A DNA stretch of 64,000 bases from Tubiluchus corallicola (taxonomy: Eukaryota; Animalia; Priapulida), in contig JAQGDQ010000042.1 of assembly GCA_030141605.1 (NCBI GenBank), forward strand, positions 124,001 through 188,000, in the 5' to 3' direction. Both the position numbers and the translations under genes were made by a program. The first letter of the stretch is position 1. Each line of letters opens with the position of its first letter. Below are positions 39,101 through 52,200 of this stretch, piece after piece. The notes under the pieces are model-generated. The model worked only from the letters and a program-made list of their open reading frames with translations. It did no database searches and was not told where the DNA came from.

Positions 39101-42098
39101 CAACCCAATTGCTATTCACTACATGATATCAGTACATATGGTCACTAGCCCTATATCTTGACGTTAGCGTTATAATGCTATATAACCCTATAGACACTTG
39201 CCTAGTTTCAAATAACTAGAAAAACGTATAATTACCTGTGGCTCCTGATTGGCAACTGAAAAAACAATGCAGATATTTTTTATACTGATCATTCAATAAA
39301 AGTTGTGCTATTATAATATAATATAACTACACATAATTTATAAATGCTACACCGGGAAACCAAAAGAGGGATGTATTTGATAATTCTTTGCTTTTAAAAG
39401 AGCTTAGGCCTTAGAAGTAATTAATATTATAAATGAATAATAATTAGCATTTAATTACCAATCAGCAATTTAAGGAATACGTCATTTACGATTAGCATAT
39501 ACTTTTAATTTAGCATTTTAGTAATAAAAATTTCAACAACATACCTGGAACCCACTTGTAAATACTAAGTGAAGTGTCTCCAATGGTCACCCACTTTTTC
39601 TCCCTAAAATACAAGCATATATAATTAAGAAATGTTCAATGTATCGTTTTAGTTTTTCAACCAGAATTCATACAAAGGCAATTAACTCCTTCAGGACCGC
39701 AAGCATTTGATGCATTTTGCACGGGTTCATGAAAAATTGCTCTCAGTAAGCAGCGATTATGTTATATTTGATCTTTTTTGTAGGTTTCTATTCCTCACAC
39801 AATGGATTTTCATGAAAAATTATATACGAAATCAATTTGCTTACATTAGATACATCAAAAATCCATTTTCGATGAAAAAATTGAAGAAAGCTTTCAGTAA
39901 CTTTGCACTGTAACAATGAATAGTATCACTTGTGTGAAATCGGCTAATGCAGAAAATTTTAGCTATTCAGACACCACACACTGATACACTATGACCTCAA
40001 GTCTCTCTATTTATAAGGAGAAATTCCTGTTAAAAGATGAAACAACCTTAATTTTTGCTTGGCTGATTGGTTGGCTTTTCCTAGAACTCTGTACAGCTAA
40101 TGGTTCTCTTGGGTTGTACTAGCAGGCAATCAATAAAATAGTGTGTATGATCACGCAAGGGTACACCAGACTAAGCTATTAAATAGGCTAAATTTGAGTG
40201 CCTATTTGTCTTAGTTTTATCTAATTAAGTTACTTATAAATGTTTAAACAAATAGCCGAGATTCTCCTGAATAGAACAGTACTTAATTTGTAATCATTTA
40301 GCTTTCTCTGCACTCACAGAGTACCAGAAAAGTCATTGGTCTTATAAGACCTATTTTGAATGGTGTGGTCCTGAAGGAGTTAAGTAATGTACATCCCCTT
40401 AACAGTCTATCAAGTTTGGCTATCACAGTAGCTTTGTAAAATTGATATAGGTTGGCAAAAAGCAAAATAGTTGCAAATTTATGATAGCATTTACATAAAC
40501 GCAAATAAAAAAGCAGAACAAATTGATAAGTAGCAGTGCCACTCATATATTGGTCAAATTTGCAGCACATCTTTTACAGTACAACACGTAATACAAAAAC
40601 ACATGACATAATGTCTGGCAAACGTAGTATAACTGTGTAAGTTTTACTTACACTTCTCTTTTTCTGCTGATGTCATATATAAAATTTATCACTAAAGATC
40701 TCATCTGCATATTGTTTAGGCTGCTAATAAAAATAAGCTCTACACTTACAGACATATTTGCAAATGAAGGAAATATTTTTACAATATTTTCAAAAAAAGC
40801 CCTTTTCTCATTTTGATAAGCAAGACAAATCATACTAAAATGCATTTCAGCCTCCATTTCATTCATCCTGCATACTTTGCATAATTTTTGGTGAACAGAT
40901 ATTTTTGGTTCATGATATCTGTCCCTCTCGATATTTATTTTGCATGCATTAATTCTGAATGTAATGTATATAATCATGCAGTTTCTTGGAATTCATGCAT
41001 TACGCACAAGCAAATATTGTTCCAAACAGTTCTAAAGCTCAAGTTCCAAGTTTTATTTTTCAGTTTATTCTTTTTCTTTGGGCACTTTTCCCAATTTAAT
41101 ATGAACAGTTTTGTGTTTACAGCCTTAGTACAACGTTGATAAATTGCAATGATACTGAAACACGTGCTATCAACGCCAAAAGCGTCAAAATTTTTTGAAA
41201 TAAAATTTCTAGTCAATACATCGATATATTTCTCATAAAAAGCATCTAGAAACCTTGTTTGAGCCCTGTTAATACAATTTAAGGGGATCAAATTATTTTT
41301 TTGTATTAAGCATGTTTAGTACTAACCATTATGTGTATTTTTGCTAACTTGCAATGTGTTATTTGAAGTATAAAATAGCAGTCAACAGGTGTGTGTACTC
41401 TACATGTCAGTTTTCTTTTAATCAGTAAATATAATTTACGTTTGGCTAACCCCAGTTTCTCACAAGTACAAGCTGCAAAATTATAGGAACACGCTACCAG
41501 CCAAATTGCCAGTGTAAATTAATTTTAGCTTCAGTCTTTTCTTGAATAACCTTTCAAGAGTTACCTAAACTAAGGCCACCTAAACTTTCTTTTCATAAGT
41601 TTATAACTTACTTTAGAATCTTTTTTATAATAGAGTATAGATGGATAGACATGGTGCCATCACAAAAAATAAAAGTTCAATAAAAAATGCGAGGCTGAAA
41701 TAAGCAATACTGTTATTAAACATCAATCAGTTAAATACACTAACTTAATAGACTGTATACATTTTTACTGTACAAAATTGTACAGACAAAATAAATTTAA
41801 TAAATTCAAACACAAACTTAACACAATGAAAGAAATGTGTGAGACAAAATAAATTCACTCACTACGGAAACTTGCTATTAAGATTCACACCTGTTTCTAT
41901 TAGAACAGTCATTTATTTATTAGGCGGCGCTTTAATTGTTATAATTAATTTGTTAAACATTACAAAATGCAAACATGTTGTAACTTTACTTGTGCTAACA
42001 ACGTACCATTTTCTAACTTTATCAATTGCTTGCATAACACGCTTAATTTCGTCTTTCGCACGGCTTCGCGTCTCCGCCCTAACCGATCTAGACATCAT
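33118..42098 (-). CDS. BCL7: BCL7 family SWI/SNF (BAF) subunit, ~246 aa; exons 42098-42007, 39603-39545, 39255-39236, 37897-37874, 36962-36806, 34686-34576, 33825-33721, 33557-33483, 33215-33118
   Basis: N-terminus [49 protein letters not shown] is the BCL_N signature; acidic Ser-rich tail ending EPPFKKPR; chain in frame (741 nt). The 24-nt exon is optional for frame. Confidence 0.92.
34788..35166. mobile_element. hAT-type MITE in BCL7 intron
   Basis: CAGGGC...GCCCTG termini, ACTCCRACTCC subterminal repeats, imperfect TSD GGTACAAC / GGCACAAG. Confidence 0.55.
35589..36558 (-). mobile_element. Tigger/pogo internal-deletion derivative in BCL7 intron
   Basis: TIRs CAGTAGACGCCGCTTAATAG / CTATTAAGCGGTGCCTACTG, TA at the left end; minus strand retains a KQLTLKEF (PIP-box-like) transposase C-terminal remnant near 35886-35909. 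Confidence 0.75.
39686..40379. mobile_element. piggyBac-type MITE in BCL7 intron 1
   Basis: TTAA|CTCCTTCAGGACC ... GGTCCTGAAGGAG|TTAA. Confidence 0.85.
40648..41290 (-). mobile_element. Degenerate 3' end of a CR1/L2-group LINE ORF2
   Basis: INIERDRY...LCKVC...EAEMHF...CLAY...R matches the LxIExGRY-CxxC-ExExHF-CxxY zinc-knuckle tail of non-LTR retrotransposons; frameshifted upstream. Confidence 0.65.
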
Positions 42099-42899
42099 CG
42101 TGCCAGGCAACAATGTGCTTACAAAAAATACCCTTTAATAACAGAAAATTCGAATATGGGGAGAAACTTTTAATTTTTAGTGTGAGCTTTTTGTTATTTT
42201 ACAGTTGCACGTCATACCGTAAAAATAGCTGAGGATTCGTCATCCCTATTGTAGAGTCAGTCCACAGCTTGTTTCATCATTTAGGTTGCAGTTAGTTGTC
42301 GTTAAGAGAGCATTGCCAATGCCCACTGGTGCAACTGTTAGCAGACACTGGCGGACATGGCATTCTATTACAGCCAACCAACTGAATGCGTGCAAAAATT
42401 TACAAGTTTACGTATGTGTAATATGAAGGCTACGCCATATTACATTAAGTGGTTACAACATAAGGAATACATCTGCTAATATTACTATTATAAAACTTGT
42501 CATTGTCGTTGTTCTTATTATGACTGTTGCTGAATTGCTTTTGTTCTTGTCGTTGTCTTTTTCCATATTGCTACTAGGGATGAGCATCGAACGTTTGAGT
42601 TCGAACGTTCGAATCGACCACCCTACCCAGGCTATTGCTGCCACTTCCACTGTTAATGCTGTACCCAACACTGATATAATTTTTAAGCTGCTGATGACTG
42701 TCACTGTCACTCTTGTAGCTGCTGCAAATGATGTTTTTATTATTGTCGCATCTTAGTTTTATCTTATTTTTGTCACTATGATTGTAGTTGTTAAGTGTCA
42801 TTAACATTGATAATGACTGACATTTGTTACTTATGCTCATAGACTTGGTTCTTCCTATCCCTTACAGAAAACATAATTATGTCCTTCACTGGCAATTGT

Positions 42900-43550
42900 C
42901 TTTGCGGCTCTCCAAGCCCATCTTTTTGAAATCAATTCTGAATGTCCGCCGACAGCTGTTGATTGACCATCCTTGCCGAGAAATCTGCTGCTTTAAAGGA
43001 CACCACTATGAACGTCTGTCTTTTTATGAATTTGCTGATGTCGACTTTGCGACCTTACTGCCAAACAAGAATATGCTGAAACTCAAGTTATCTACGCATA
43101 ACGCAGCTTAGCCCTGGCTTGGCAGCAGCAGGATGGCAGAGTCAATATTAGCAAATTTCCAAAACCCAAAGTTTGCTATACGGTGTCTTAAAAAGCAACC
43201 AACTTCAGACTTGGGCAGGAAAATCATACAATTGGTAGCACTAAATGTCTGAAACTCAAAGTTACCTATAGACACTGTCTTTAACAGCAACTTTTACTCG
43301 GGCAGCAGATATCAATAAATTTTTGAAACTCAAAGCATCTATAAAAAACCCAAAGTACTCAAATTTAACTATGTCCTCAGGCAGCAGTTTTCGCTCACGT
43401 ACCAGGGTAACAGATTTGATATCAGTAAATGTCTGTTGCCGATACAGTGTTCGAGAAAACAGCAGTAGGCTTTGTTGTGAGTAGCAGGGCCCCAGAGATG
43501 GGTGTCCAAATGATATATGGAAACAAGTGAACAAGTTTTCAGAAACTTAT
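42900..43550 (-). mobile_element. Possible highly degenerate L1/Tx1-like RT fragment
   Basis: Frameshifted pieces resembling GxPLSxxL (GHPSLGP), KYLG (EYFGFFI) and xLPxxEGG (FLPKSEVG). Confidence 0.3.
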
Positions 43551-45253
43551 CAAAGGCTTATCAGGGCCGGTGCTAAGATGTGCGGGGCCCAATTACAAAA
43601 TTGTTAGTGGAGCACCTTACCCTACGAAAGCTAAAGATTGATGTTTTATGCTTCACGCAGTAGTCTCAGATAAAAGTGTTATATAAGGTTTGCCAATTAG
43701 CTAGTTTAAAAAAGTAAAGGGCGACAATAAACTAAAATTACAAAACAAATTATTAACAAACGATCAGTACAAAACACTGAATCACAGATATACGAGGACG
43801 GACTGACTAATTTTAATGTCTTCACACCTATCAAGAAAGTTCATGAATATGGACACTCATTAATTCATCATAGTGTCATCAGCTCGATCGTATTCGCAGA
43901 CCAAATTCGAATAAATCTGTCTAGTTGGCTTAAAATCGCTCCTGCGGATTATCATAAATTAATTAGCACTTATGATGATGAGATCCAGAACGACGAAAGC
44001 CTACATGCTAAGGCTTCTACTCGCTCGGCACTGACTCTGTCATTACCATGAACTGGCGTCACTCCTCGTCACAACTTCGAGGGTGCTTATAATCCTTGCC
44101 TACACTTATCATGTGGTTAAACATGAGGGATATGCTTTGCAACCAAAAGATCGAAAAGACCTTAATCAACATGCGCTCTTTTTTCTTCGCATGATTTTAG
44201 TCCCGGTTTTTTATGCCCCCGCCTTCATTTTCATGGAGTTATAAACATCACAGATGGAGAGACCCAGAGCAGTGCAGTTACTGACACAGCGTGAAACTGT
44301 TAAGTGCTGCAATGAGGCTTTTCAGAAGTTGCCATTCTTTGATCCTGCTATCTGTCTTGTCTATACGCGAGGCTCACTTTCAACTCCTTTATGCAACAGT
44401 ATTTTTGTGGGCTTGAATTTAAAGTATTCTCCCAGCTTTAGAACAAGCAGTAACTTGCTGGATCCTTCAAAAAACATGTCATTTATTTCACATAACACAT
44501 TTACAATAGTTATTGCATCAACATTATTACTGTAAGTAGACTGAATAAAGCACAATTTTAACTTACGGCTATAGTTTGCTCTCTGAAATAAAAATGTCTC
44601 ATACACAAATCTGCTAGGTGTAAAATCCTTCTAAGATCCTTTCAAATAGCCATCACAATATTTTTTCTCACGCTGATAAACAAGAAAAGTTTAGATTCAA
44701 ACGAAATAATTTAGCTGCATTTTTTCAAACTGCAGTTGAAAAGTTCTTAGTTTAACTTCCCAGGCCAGAATAGACAATTATGAATGACTTGATGTATTCT
44801 CACAATCTAGCCACAATGTAGCCAAATGCTGCTGTTAGAACTTAACCCCTTAAGCTTTGCACAATCAGGCAATGTGAGCCTATAATTACTGAGGTACATT
44901 TTTCGCTCCCTTGGCTCGTTTGGTCTAGAAAATAACGTTACACATTATAAGCCTTGTATGCAAAAACCGATAAAAGCATAAAAATAATAAAAGCCACAAT
45001 AAGTGTTTTATACATTCATTTTTGTGTGCAATGATTTATTCTTGTTGTTTTTGTCTAGTTTTAGCAAACTACAAGCTTTTGCTCTAAGGAGGCCTGCGAT
45101 AGTTTAGCACTTTTACGTTTCGTCCTAGCAAAGCAAGCTTTATTATATTTAGCTTAATTAATTATCAATAAGTGCGTGAGCAGATGCAAATCTTTATCGA
45201 ACATATATAACAAGAAAGCTCTCCATTGTGCCACTAATATTCTAACAACTGCC

Positions 45254-46222
45254 ATGTTCCGAACTTTCAGTTTTTCCGAAGGTACGGACAATTCAACAGT
45301 CGTAGAGCTGCAGGAGCCAGAAAGGCTTAAAGATACCATATTTGTGTTTATCAAAGCAGCATTCATGTCACTAATATTACTACTAAACGTTGCAGTCATC
45401 ATTACCATCTTGAATTATCCTCAACTGAGAAACTTTTCCAAGTACCGTTTCCTTCTTAGTTTGGCTACAGCTGATTTTTTTGTGGCAATTTTTGGTGGAT
45501 CCGTCACTTTCCTCCCGGATTCTCAGCCAAGTAGAATGTACTGCGCCATTATGGCTACTGGAGCTTGCTGGTTGTTCCTCTCTGCTGCATGGATCACAAT
45601 GGCGTTAGTGACTCTCGATAGATACATCTGTATCGCTTACCCCTTGCAATACGCAGCTTGGATTACTCCAGAAAGGACAATAAAAGCAATCAGCGGAGGT
45701 TGGATACTTGCTTGTTGCATTGGAACTGTAGCTCTAATACAAGCGCTAGAGAACTGGGTTTTTGGAACGATATGCATATACGATTTTATGCCGAATAACG
45801 GCTTTATATGGTTTTATGTCACATTGTATTTGGTGGTTGCTATTCTGGTCATATTCTGCTACGTGAGAATCATGTTCACTGCTTGGGCGATGCAAAAGAC
45901 TGTTATTCCTTTAGCCAGTTGCTCTGAGATACGCGAAATACAAAATAACATGGCAGTGAAAATCAAATCGGCTAAGATCATAATAGTGATAGTGGGCACT
46001 ACACTGATATGTATGTTTTTTGATACATTGTTTAAAATTTTGGTACGCACTGCTCCAAGCAAAGAGTATTCTGTACTCAGATACGTACGAGACCTATTTC
46101 TTGGCGTTAACTCTTTGGCAAATCCTCTTATGTATTTTTGGAAGTATAAGACCCTCCGCAATTATTTGATGCGTCGTTTATGTAAGAGGCCCATAACAGA
46201 TGAAATAAGTGCGATAGAGTAG
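45254..46222 (+). CDS. Intronless class A (rhodopsin-like) orphan GPCR, ~322 aa
   Basis: Seven hydrophobic segments; LATAD (TM2), DRY (TM3), W in TM4, NSLANPLMY (TM7), N-terminal NST sequon. The ATG at 45254 in GCCATG context is the likely start; the ORF track starts at an upstream GTG. Confidence 0.92.
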   Translation: MFRTFSFSEGTDNSTVVELQEPERLKDTIFVFIKAAFMSLILLLNVAVIITILNYPQLRNFSKYRFLLSLATADFFVAIFGGSVTFLPDSQPSRMYCAIMATGACWLFLSAAWITMALVTLDRYICIAYPLQYAAWITPERTIKAISGGWILACCIGTVALIQALENWVFGTICIYDFMPNNGFIWFYVTLYLVVAILVIFCYVRIMFTAWAMQKTVIPLASCSEIREIQNNMAVKIKSAKIIIVIVGTTLICMFFDTLFKILVRTAPSKEYSVLRYVRDLFLGVNSLANPLMYFWKYKTLRNYLMRRLCKRPITDEISAIE

Positions 46223-49217
46223 TTAAAGACAATTGTATATTTGGAATGAATAAATCTATTCATCTAATCTAATCTAATCATAACGACTCATCGGTTTGAT
46301 GATAGCGATACTCTGTATTTGCAAGAAAAATTTAATACTAAGTAAAATAAAAATTGATTGGAAATTTCACAAATAGGCCTATATATGCAAAATGGCAGGC
46401 TTTGTCAAGATAACAATAGAGATAAACAAAACTTGCGTTGAAGTTGTACATTCTAGTTGTTCTGAAAACACGTTTTTCAAGAGTAATTAATTTGAAACTT
46501 AAAAATGCAACCTGCTAAAAATTATATTAAACCGTTGATTGTTGTACACATTATTCTACACTCTACACGTTTTACACAATTGGCAAATGAAACCAACGAT
46601 AATTTATAAAAAAATTATTTATAACGATATTTATGGATAAATCATGGTTCTAAATTATATGTAAATCATATGTATAATATAACACCCAGTATTGCTGAAA
46701 TTGTATTTCACTATTTTCGTAGTGTGTATGTGATACACAGAGGTTTATTACTGTTTTAGTTAATCCTCTAACTGTTTGTGATGTGTTTGCTTCAGTTTCC
46801 ATGCCTGTCAGAAAAATCACCACTATAGTTAAATATTATTAATGATATGGTATGCTATTTGAATGCAGTGAGGACACACCACATGGTTTCCATTTTAGTC
46901 ACTCTCGTGTTTTCTTTATTTTTAAATTTAATAAGTGTAATATCGGTATTTTTAATTTTGTGAAGATATTATGTTTTTGCAGTTTCAATGTCAAAATGTC
47001 TCCACTGAAGTCAAGACGTTCATATTATCAAGTTTATTATATTTTATTTTATTTTTATTGAAAATTCATTTGGTTTTGCTTTTTCAAGCTAGCAGTCCGC
47101 CATAATATCAAGATTTATTATAATTTCCAAAGAATATTGAGTTTAACTAGAATAATTAATTTCGTAAAGTATCGATCTTTTATTTGTAGAACGTTTACGA
47201 CTCACAATGTAAATTGTTAAATTAATGTTTGGATTTTCAGTAAACTAACTACTAGTTGATAATTTCTGAGACATTGTGCACGCAAATCTTTTAAGAGCTT
47301 ATTTTAGCATATAATTATATTATCAAACCTTATGAATACATTTTCGCACATTATGTTTGGCTTCACTTTGCAGCACGAAAATTTGTGACTCAGCAAAAAA
47401 ATTATTGCACTGTTTTATTTCAGCTGAAATGCGCGAATTGTAGTTATTTGTCAGGACAAATTTAACTGAATATGAAGACTGATGGAACGCACGTATTTGT
47501 GATGACGAAAACATTGACGACGATGACAATGACGGCAACAACGACCGTAACGGCAATTTAGAGTGATTATTAGTTGTGAATTTAAAAAATATCAATTTTT
47601 TCTGTTTATTTCACCTGATGATAAACCGCAGTGGCACTTTGAAACGTCGCATTGGGCCGTCTTACAGGCGTCTGGGCAAAGCAGTCCACTGAGGCCTCTA
47701 CAGCCGCACGACCACTCACAGGAATAAAATTGTAAATGGTCGACAAAATTAAACGTATATTTATTGCATTGGTACTTCCGACAAAATTAGTATTTAAACA
47801 TTAAATAACGTACAGCAAAGATTAATCAACACAAACGTTTCAGCAATATAACAGAAGCCTTGAAAAATCGTGAAATTTTAAGAAAGAAACAACAAAACCA
47901 TAACTTAAAATTCAAAAAGGGACGGCTGAGAAGAACAACACAAATAGAAAAAAAACAAAACTTGTTGACAATGCTTCAAACCTTAACAGAATCGACGACG
48001 CTCGGCAAGCAGACAGGAGAAGTGCATTCCACGACAAAAAACAGACAACTGACGATGTCACGTGTTCGTTCTTTCCACAGGAAACCACTGCTCAACCATT
48101 CGCAGGTAATGTTATGGGCTTCCTAGTTTAAAGTGGAGGTCATGACATTACCTGTAGGTTGGTTGGCCTGGTGCCTATGAAAAAAAATGTACAATGCACA
48201 TTCACTTGTTTAGCTCAATATAAATGATACTCAATTGGTAAACCACATAGACGGAGATGATTACACACAATAACAAATGTTCGTAGTTTAGAATAGTATG
48301 GTGTTTATTTATTTAATGACAGCCCCGATGCATAGATTAGTATAGGCACCTTATGCTCGTGGGCCACCGGGCAACTGCCAAATGTGCTCATGCGTTAAGA
48401 CAACATTAGTCGCGTTTTTTTTTTCTTATTTTCAATTGTATTTTTTGTTATTCAGTGAGGTACTAGCAATACACAGCGCAAAGTCGCAAAACGAAATGAT
48501 TTTACTGAATCAGTGTGCCGTTAATAAAAAGAAATAATCTTTGCAAATGACTATACTTCAGTCTTCAAATCATATCCTTCTCTGCAAAACACGCTACAAA
48601 CCCACTAACAAAACTTGCACTCAGGTAGGTGTATAAGAGTATCGAGTGATTTCACGGAAGGGCATAACGACATAACTGAAACAGAAAATAACCGGAACAA
48701 ACACATACCTGAAAAATTCTCACTGAAAGAACGAACTGCAAACTGCAAACAGTGGTCAAAACATATTGTGCTTCACTAAGCTTCCTCATTTACCTGGTAC
48801 CTCCAAAGTAATCATGTAGCAATTAAACGGACTTGCGGCCCCGCTGTTATAAGCATAAGGCTCTGACAGCAGTCCCCACTAAAACTAAACCAGCAGCAAT
48901 TAATAATTTCTGGTTTTTGAATTCAAGCAAACATAACTGCACGTAGAAAAACTGGTTTTAAAATATATGAAATTTACAGCATATTTGCATGCATCTAAAA
49001 TGTGCAACGACGGAAGGCGTAGACTGTGCAGTGACTTGGCAGATAACAGAAGATCCTAAATGTGCGCGACGTTTGTCATCTGTGCAAAATGCGAGTGGAC
49101 GAACAAACTCGTATTTATTTACTACAAGAGAGTTACCACATGCCATAAATTTCGGATTTGCGGCATTTGCCCTTGTCCGTACCTACCGTTACCACACATT
49201 TTGTATGCGTGTGTATA

Positions 49218-52200
49218 TTATGTTCTGGATCTATACAAACCTGTCTCTCTTGGTAGATGAGATGTTTGCTGCATTGGATCAGCTGTACTATGCACTGTTA
49301 CAGTAGCAACAAAACTGGATAGACCCGTAGCGGTTGCCGTGGTACTAGGGGATGACTCTTTTGAAACTGTTTGTGAAGCAGTTGCAGCTATATGAGTTTT
49401 TTCCGAGTTTGCCACTGTTTCATCCATTGGGGTCAGCGTTGAAAGATTCACTGATGGTGTATCTGCTGCAGGGAAATTAATTGCAGTAGATACGTTTAAG
49501 TTTTCATCTGTTGTAGTTACTTTTGATGAATCAATAGAAGTACTGATTATAGCAGATGTTGTTTCTGTTGACCCAGTAGACTCTAGTGGACTAGTAGACT
49601 CTAACGCAGCTTGTCCTTCATTTGTCGAATCCAATGTGGGTAAAAAAGATTCTGCTACAGTAGCGGTTGTGGGATTATTTGTGGCAGGAAAACTAATATT
49701 CTTTGAAGTTACTGTGCTTGATAGATTTGTTAACACCAACGACTCTTCTACTGTCTCTGTTGTAGATCTAGTAGATAAATGTAAATTTATTGTAACTTTT
49801 TCTGATTCTATCAACGATGAATCGGATTTAGTAGACGAATCTGTCGTAGTGTCAGATTTAACAGTCATTAATGTTTCTGAAACAAACGCATTCGCACTGG
49901 TTTTTGTAGTTACTGTTTCTGAAGATAAATTTATTGAGGCAAGTGAGAACAAACCAATGCCTCCTTCATTTGTTGATTTAGATGCAACGGAAGTAAGGAC
50001 TAAATCCTTTTCATAATTTGTTGAGTTGGAAACATTGTTGTGTGTTGGAGTCAGCTCTGTAGTTGCAGCATCGATTGGAATCACTGAAGATGAATCCATT
50101 CTTGTTAACGAATCTGCTGGAGTCGAAGCTTGACTTATGTTGGTATCAAAAGTAGGTGCACCTAATGGAGCCGTAACTTGCTTTGTATTAGTAGCAAATG
50201 TAGGTGAATAAGTTGCAGTCATAACTTCTTTTGCATTGGTGCCAAACGTAGGTGAGTCTGTTGCAGTCGTAATTTCTTTTGCATTGGTATCAAACGTATG
50301 TGAGTCTGTTGCAGTCATAACTTCTTTTGCATTGGTATCAAACGTAGGTGAGTCTGTTGCAGTCGTAATTTCTTTTGCATTGGTATCAAACGTATGTGAG
50401 TCTGTTGCAGTCATAATTTCTTTTGCATTGGTATCAAACGTAGGTGAGTCTGTTGCAGTCGTAACTTCTTTTGCATTGGTACTAAATGTAGGTGAGTCTG
50501 TTGCAGTCGTAACTTCTTTTGCATTGGTACCAAACGTAGGTGAGTCTGTTGCAGTCGTACCTTGTCTTGTGTTGGTACCAAATGTACGCGAATCTGTTAC
50601 CCTAAATTGTCTTGTGTTGGTACCAAAAACGTCTGTTGCATCATATGTGACACAATCAAGTCTAACTTTAGATGTGGGTGAAAACTTTATTGACTCGTTT
50701 GTTGCAGCTGAAAAAATATCCGTCACAGTTTCTGTCGCCATTATCGTTCTGTTGTCCGATGACTGGTCAGATGTCACGTTGTCCATTTGATGTGACAATG
50801 TTGCATATGTGCTGATAGCTGTACTTGATGCATTTGTAGCCGTACTATTTACATTTCTAACTAGGCAAGGTACATTTGTAGTTGTACTAAGCTCATCTGT
50901 TGTCACTTTTCCTGCAGATGTTGTAAGCATCGTTGAATTAAACACAGGATCTGATGCATCCATTGATGATTCCGATACAAAATCAGTATATGACAATGTG
51001 TCCGAAGCGTTTGTGGTCGACGTCTCCTCCACTGTGCTAATAAATTCTGGTTCAAGACTGAGCGCTAAAATGCACAAAAGTATTTAGTTACTTTTTGTGA
51101 TAGATCACCTGTTTGTACGTTTGCATATCTACCTTTGCTTGCCACACAGACTTCTAACTGATTCTCTCTTTAATCAATATTTATTTATTTTTCAGCTGTA
51201 TGATGATCTTACATTATGTTTTTATTAGAGTTAGAACTCGCGTCATGAAGAAAGGCAATAAAAACAAGAATGGGTTATAACGCAAATGTAATTCTTAATG
51301 TCAAAAATATGGGCAATTAATAAAAAAATCAGACAATTAAGAAAAAGAGAGGCCACCACTGCGAAAGATTTATAAAAGGAAAGAAAATCACATAAAATTA
51401 ATAAACGTTAATTTATGGATTTTTTTTATATTATTAATAAACACAAAAATGTGACAGTTAAAAAAGGGTGTAATTAAAAAGAAAAAACACTGCGAATGGG
51501 TTATAACGCAAATGTAATTCTTAATGTCAAAAATATGGGCAATTAATAAAAAAATCAGACAATTAAGAAAAAGAGAGGCCACCACTGCGAAAGATTTATA
51601 AAAGGAAAGAAAATCACATAAAATTAATAAACGTTAATTTATGGATTTTTTTTATATTATTAATAAACACAAAAATGTGACAGTTAAAAAAGGGTGTAAT
51701 TAAAAAGAAAAAACACTGCGACATAATAACTAAACCCAAAAGAGAAAATACAAAAAAGTACTTAATAATTTGATGCGATTTTCCCCCTTTTTAAATGTGT
51801 CACCTAATGATAAATCTCAGTGATGAAGTGATTGTGATGATACACCTCAGCAGCGAAGTGATTTATAATGATAAACCACAGTGGTGAAATGATTTATGAT
51901 GATTAACCACAGTGGTGAAGTGATTTATGATGATAAACCTCAGTGATGAAGTGATTTGTGATGGTAAAACTCTGTAATGAAGTGATTTATGATGATAAAC
52001 TACAGTGGTGAAGGGATTTAATGATGAAAAATCACAGTGGTACAGTGGTAAAGTGATTTTGCGATGATAAAACATGTGTACTCTCTTCTTAATTGTGGGA
52101 TTTTCATTAAAGGAACAGGTAATTTTACAATACACATTAGTCAATGCTAAAACATTAACATTACTATTAAAACATACCAGGCATTTCACAGAGGTAAAAA

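Noticed and set aside
42453-42840. Overlapping hydrophobic ORFs upstream of BCL7
   Set aside because: Degenerate trinucleotide (TGT/TGC/TAT) tract with no motif or splice support; the same applies to 60995-61110 and 47500-47560.
49636-51087. Plus-strand Val-rich ORFs (126, 184, 92 aa)
   Set aside because: Antisense shadows of the Thr/Ser-rich mucin exon.
50140-52073. Regular repeats as a possible CRISPR-like array
   Set aside because: Head-to-tail units without unique spacers, in a eukaryotic context, with no cas genes.
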